Origin: Okamejei kenojei
Taxonomy: Eukaryota
Direction of reading: 5' to 3'
NCBI GenBank assembly: GCA_035221665.1
Contig: CM069157.1
Coordinates: 8,494,001-8,558,000 of the forward strand
Length of the DNA: 64,000 nt
The number at the start of each line of letters is the position of its first letter. Positions within the stretch are counted from its first letter, which is position 1. The translations under genes and the position numbers were made by a program. This document shows positions 61,665 to 64,000 of the stretch, one piece after another. The notes under the pieces were generated by a model. That model was not told the DNA's origin. It made no database searches and saw nothing but the letters and a program-made list of their open reading frames with translations.

Positions 61665-61918
61665 TGGGGCAGCATGGCGGTGCAGCGTTAAGTTAACGGC
61701 AGAGTTGAACCCAGAGACGCAGGTTCAATCCTGACTAAGGGTGTTCTCTGTACAGCGTTTCCTCCCACATTCCAAAGACATACAGGTTTGTAGGTTAATT
61801 GGCTTGGTATGAATGTAAAATTGTCCCAAGTGTGTGTAGGATCGTGTTAGTGTGCGGGGATCATTAGTCGGTGCGGACTTGATGGGCTGAAGGGCCTGTT
61901 TCACTGAACTAAACCAAA
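61665..61918 (+). mobile_element. HE1-like SINE
   Basis: Head, partial V-domain and tail. Confidence 0.82.
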
Positions 61919-62059
61919 TCAAGCAGAGTTGCACCTCACCAGAATTTTCTCTATAGTACATCTGCACAAGTTTAAGAGAAAACTATGGACATCTCGAATC
62001 TCTCGGTCACCTTATAAAGCAAGTACACTGAAGTGTTCTCTTGATCACAGCATCAGAGA

Positions 62060-62335
62060 AAAGGGCACAAAATTCTGGAGTAACTCAGCAGGTCAGGCAG
62101 CATCTCTGGATAAAAGGAATAGATAACGTTTTGGGTAGAGACCCTTCTTCAGACCTGAAAATAAATGCAAATATTTTTTGAAATATGAATGAGATTCTTT
62201 CCTTTGGTCTGAAGAAGGGTCTTGACCCAAAACATCACCTACTCCTTTACTCCAGAGATGTTGCCTGACCCGCTGAGTTACTCCAGCTTTTGATGTCAAT
62301 CTTTGGTGTAAACCAGCATCAACAGTTCCTCCCTA
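62060..62335. mobile_element. Palindromic PLE terminal-repeat pair with a 55-bp spacer
   Basis: Antisense arm to 62155, sense arm from ctgaagaagggtcttgacccaaaacatc (62209-62236). Confidence 0.72.
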
Positions 62336-62529
62336 GGCATCATCAGGAAGGGTCTAGGTTAGGTTGTCAATGATATGGATGCTTTGGAAAATATGCTGAC
62401 TATCTCTATAGCAATTCCATTGAGAAGGACAGGATAGTGCGAGTTTTTGCATTGACACAATGGACATGGAGATTTGGGATTAAATCAGGCAAGGCATCAA
62501 CCATGATCTTATTGAATGGCAGACAGAAT

Positions 62530-63436
62530 TGTGGGGCCCAAAGGTAGAGCTGCTATCTTACAGCATCAGAGACCAGAGTTCGATCCTGACCTCGAGTCCT
62601 GTCTGTGAGGAGTTTGCACTTTTGCCTTGTGACCGCAAAGGTTTCCCCTGGGTGCTCCGGCTTCCTCCCACATCCATAGAAACATAGAAAATAGGTGCAG
62701 GAGGAGGCCATTCGGCCCTTCGAGCCAGCACCACCATTCATTGTGATCATGGCTGATCGTCCGCTATCAATAACCCGTCCCTGCCTTCTCCCCATATCCC
62801 TTGACTCCACTAGCCCCTAGAGCTCTATCCAACTCTCTCTTAAATCCATTCAGTGATTTGGCCTCCACTGTCCTCTGTGGCAGGGAATTCCATAAATTCA
62901 CAACTCTGGGTAAAAAAGATTTTTCTCACCTCAGTCTTAAATGACCTCCCCTTTATTCTAAGACTGTGGCCCCTGGTTCTGAACTCACCCAACATTGGGA
63001 ACATTTTTCCTGCATCTGGCTTGTCCAGTCCTTTTATAACTTTATATGTTTCTATAAGATGCCCCCCCCCCCCCATCCTTCTAAACTCCAGTGAATACAA
63101 GCCTAGTCTTTTCAATCTTTCCTCATATGACAGTCCCGCCATCCCAGGGATCAATCTCGTGAATCTACGCTGCACTGCCTCTACCACAAGGATGTCCTTC
63201 CTCAAATTAGGAGACCAAAACTGGACACAATACTCCAGATGTGGTCTCACCAGAGCCCTATACAACTGCATAAGAACTTGGAGGCTTCTCGGTTATCTGG
63301 CCTCTGTAAATCGCCCCGTGTGTGTGTGTAGGGAGTGGATGTAAAAGTGGGATAAGATGGAGCTGGTGCAAACAGGTGATTGATGGTTACCATGGACCCG
63401 GTGGGCCAAAGGGCCTGTTTCCATGCTGTATCTCAA
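62530..63436 (+). mobile_element. HE1-like SINE interrupted by antisense CR1 family B (62675-63280)
   Basis: ORF 62840-63271 is CR1 C-terminus. The SINE head precedes it and the tail follows. Confidence 0.88.
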
Positions 63437-63754
63437 ATCATGATCAATAAATGTAAAATGGCAAAGAGCATGGGAGCAGGGCATTGGCTACAGGTAAGAG
63501 TTTCAAAGGGTCAAGCATTTCTGTCCCCTTTCTCCCCTCCCCCCTCCAAATTATTGGCTTTTATCCTCTCTGCTTTATTGCTACTCCCAGACAAGCAGTT
63601 AGCTTTTTTGTGAAGTGTGGGATGAGATTTGTAGGAAAGAACCATTTAGTCGTGTTACTGCCACAAGCATGCTTCAGACAGGGGGGGCAACTCAAAGGGG
63701 CGGCCAGTCTTATCCAACCTGTCAGATTGATTATTCTTTCCTTCCTACCCCCAG

Positions 63755-63974
63755 ATATTCATGAATTTTGTTCATCAAGTTCACAGAATCAGAAAACAAA
63801 ACATTTGGCATTTAAAACACCCGTCCTATTTCCCACATTGCAACTTTATGATAACAAGCAAAGCGACAAGGTAATAATCGCAGAAGTGTCAGGGCATTTC
63901 TCTCCCGAGAAAGGTTTTAAGGATAAATTAACTGTGTGGCAAGCTGAAAGAGAACAAATCATTAATGGCTTATT
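63755..63974 (+). CDS. Weak candidate exon, gene unknown
   Basis: Strong acceptor attctttccttcctacccccag, 220 nt with an open frame, donor TT|gtgagt (alternative AAG|gtaata near 63870). Confidence 0.22.
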
Positions 63975-64000
63975 GTGAGTGACCCAGTTTGGATGATATT

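Overview
This is repeat-rich vertebrate DNA, most likely from a cartilaginous fish such as a skate or ray. That assignment is inferred from about 20 HE1-like V-SINEs and their CR1/HER1-type partner LINEs. No host protein-coding gene could be identified, only a few weak candidate exons. Nearly all long ORFs in the track are CR1, Rex1/Babar or L1/Tx1 LINE fragments, antisense shadows of them, or artefacts of N-gaps. The window also holds Penelope-like (PLE) terminal repeats with minimal hammerhead cores, PIF/Harbinger-type MITEs (one nested in its own family), LTR remnants, ancient Deu-domain SINE relics and AT-rich enhancer-like blocks. The most striking observation is a 75-140 bp non-autonomous retroelement in 3 copies, each with a TSD and a (GAA)n tail. 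Its first 54 nt fold into a complete minimal HDV-like self-cleaving ribozyme, and all copies start exactly at the predicted cleavage-site G. Coordinates were read by eye, and family names come from recalled motif similarity, not database searches.
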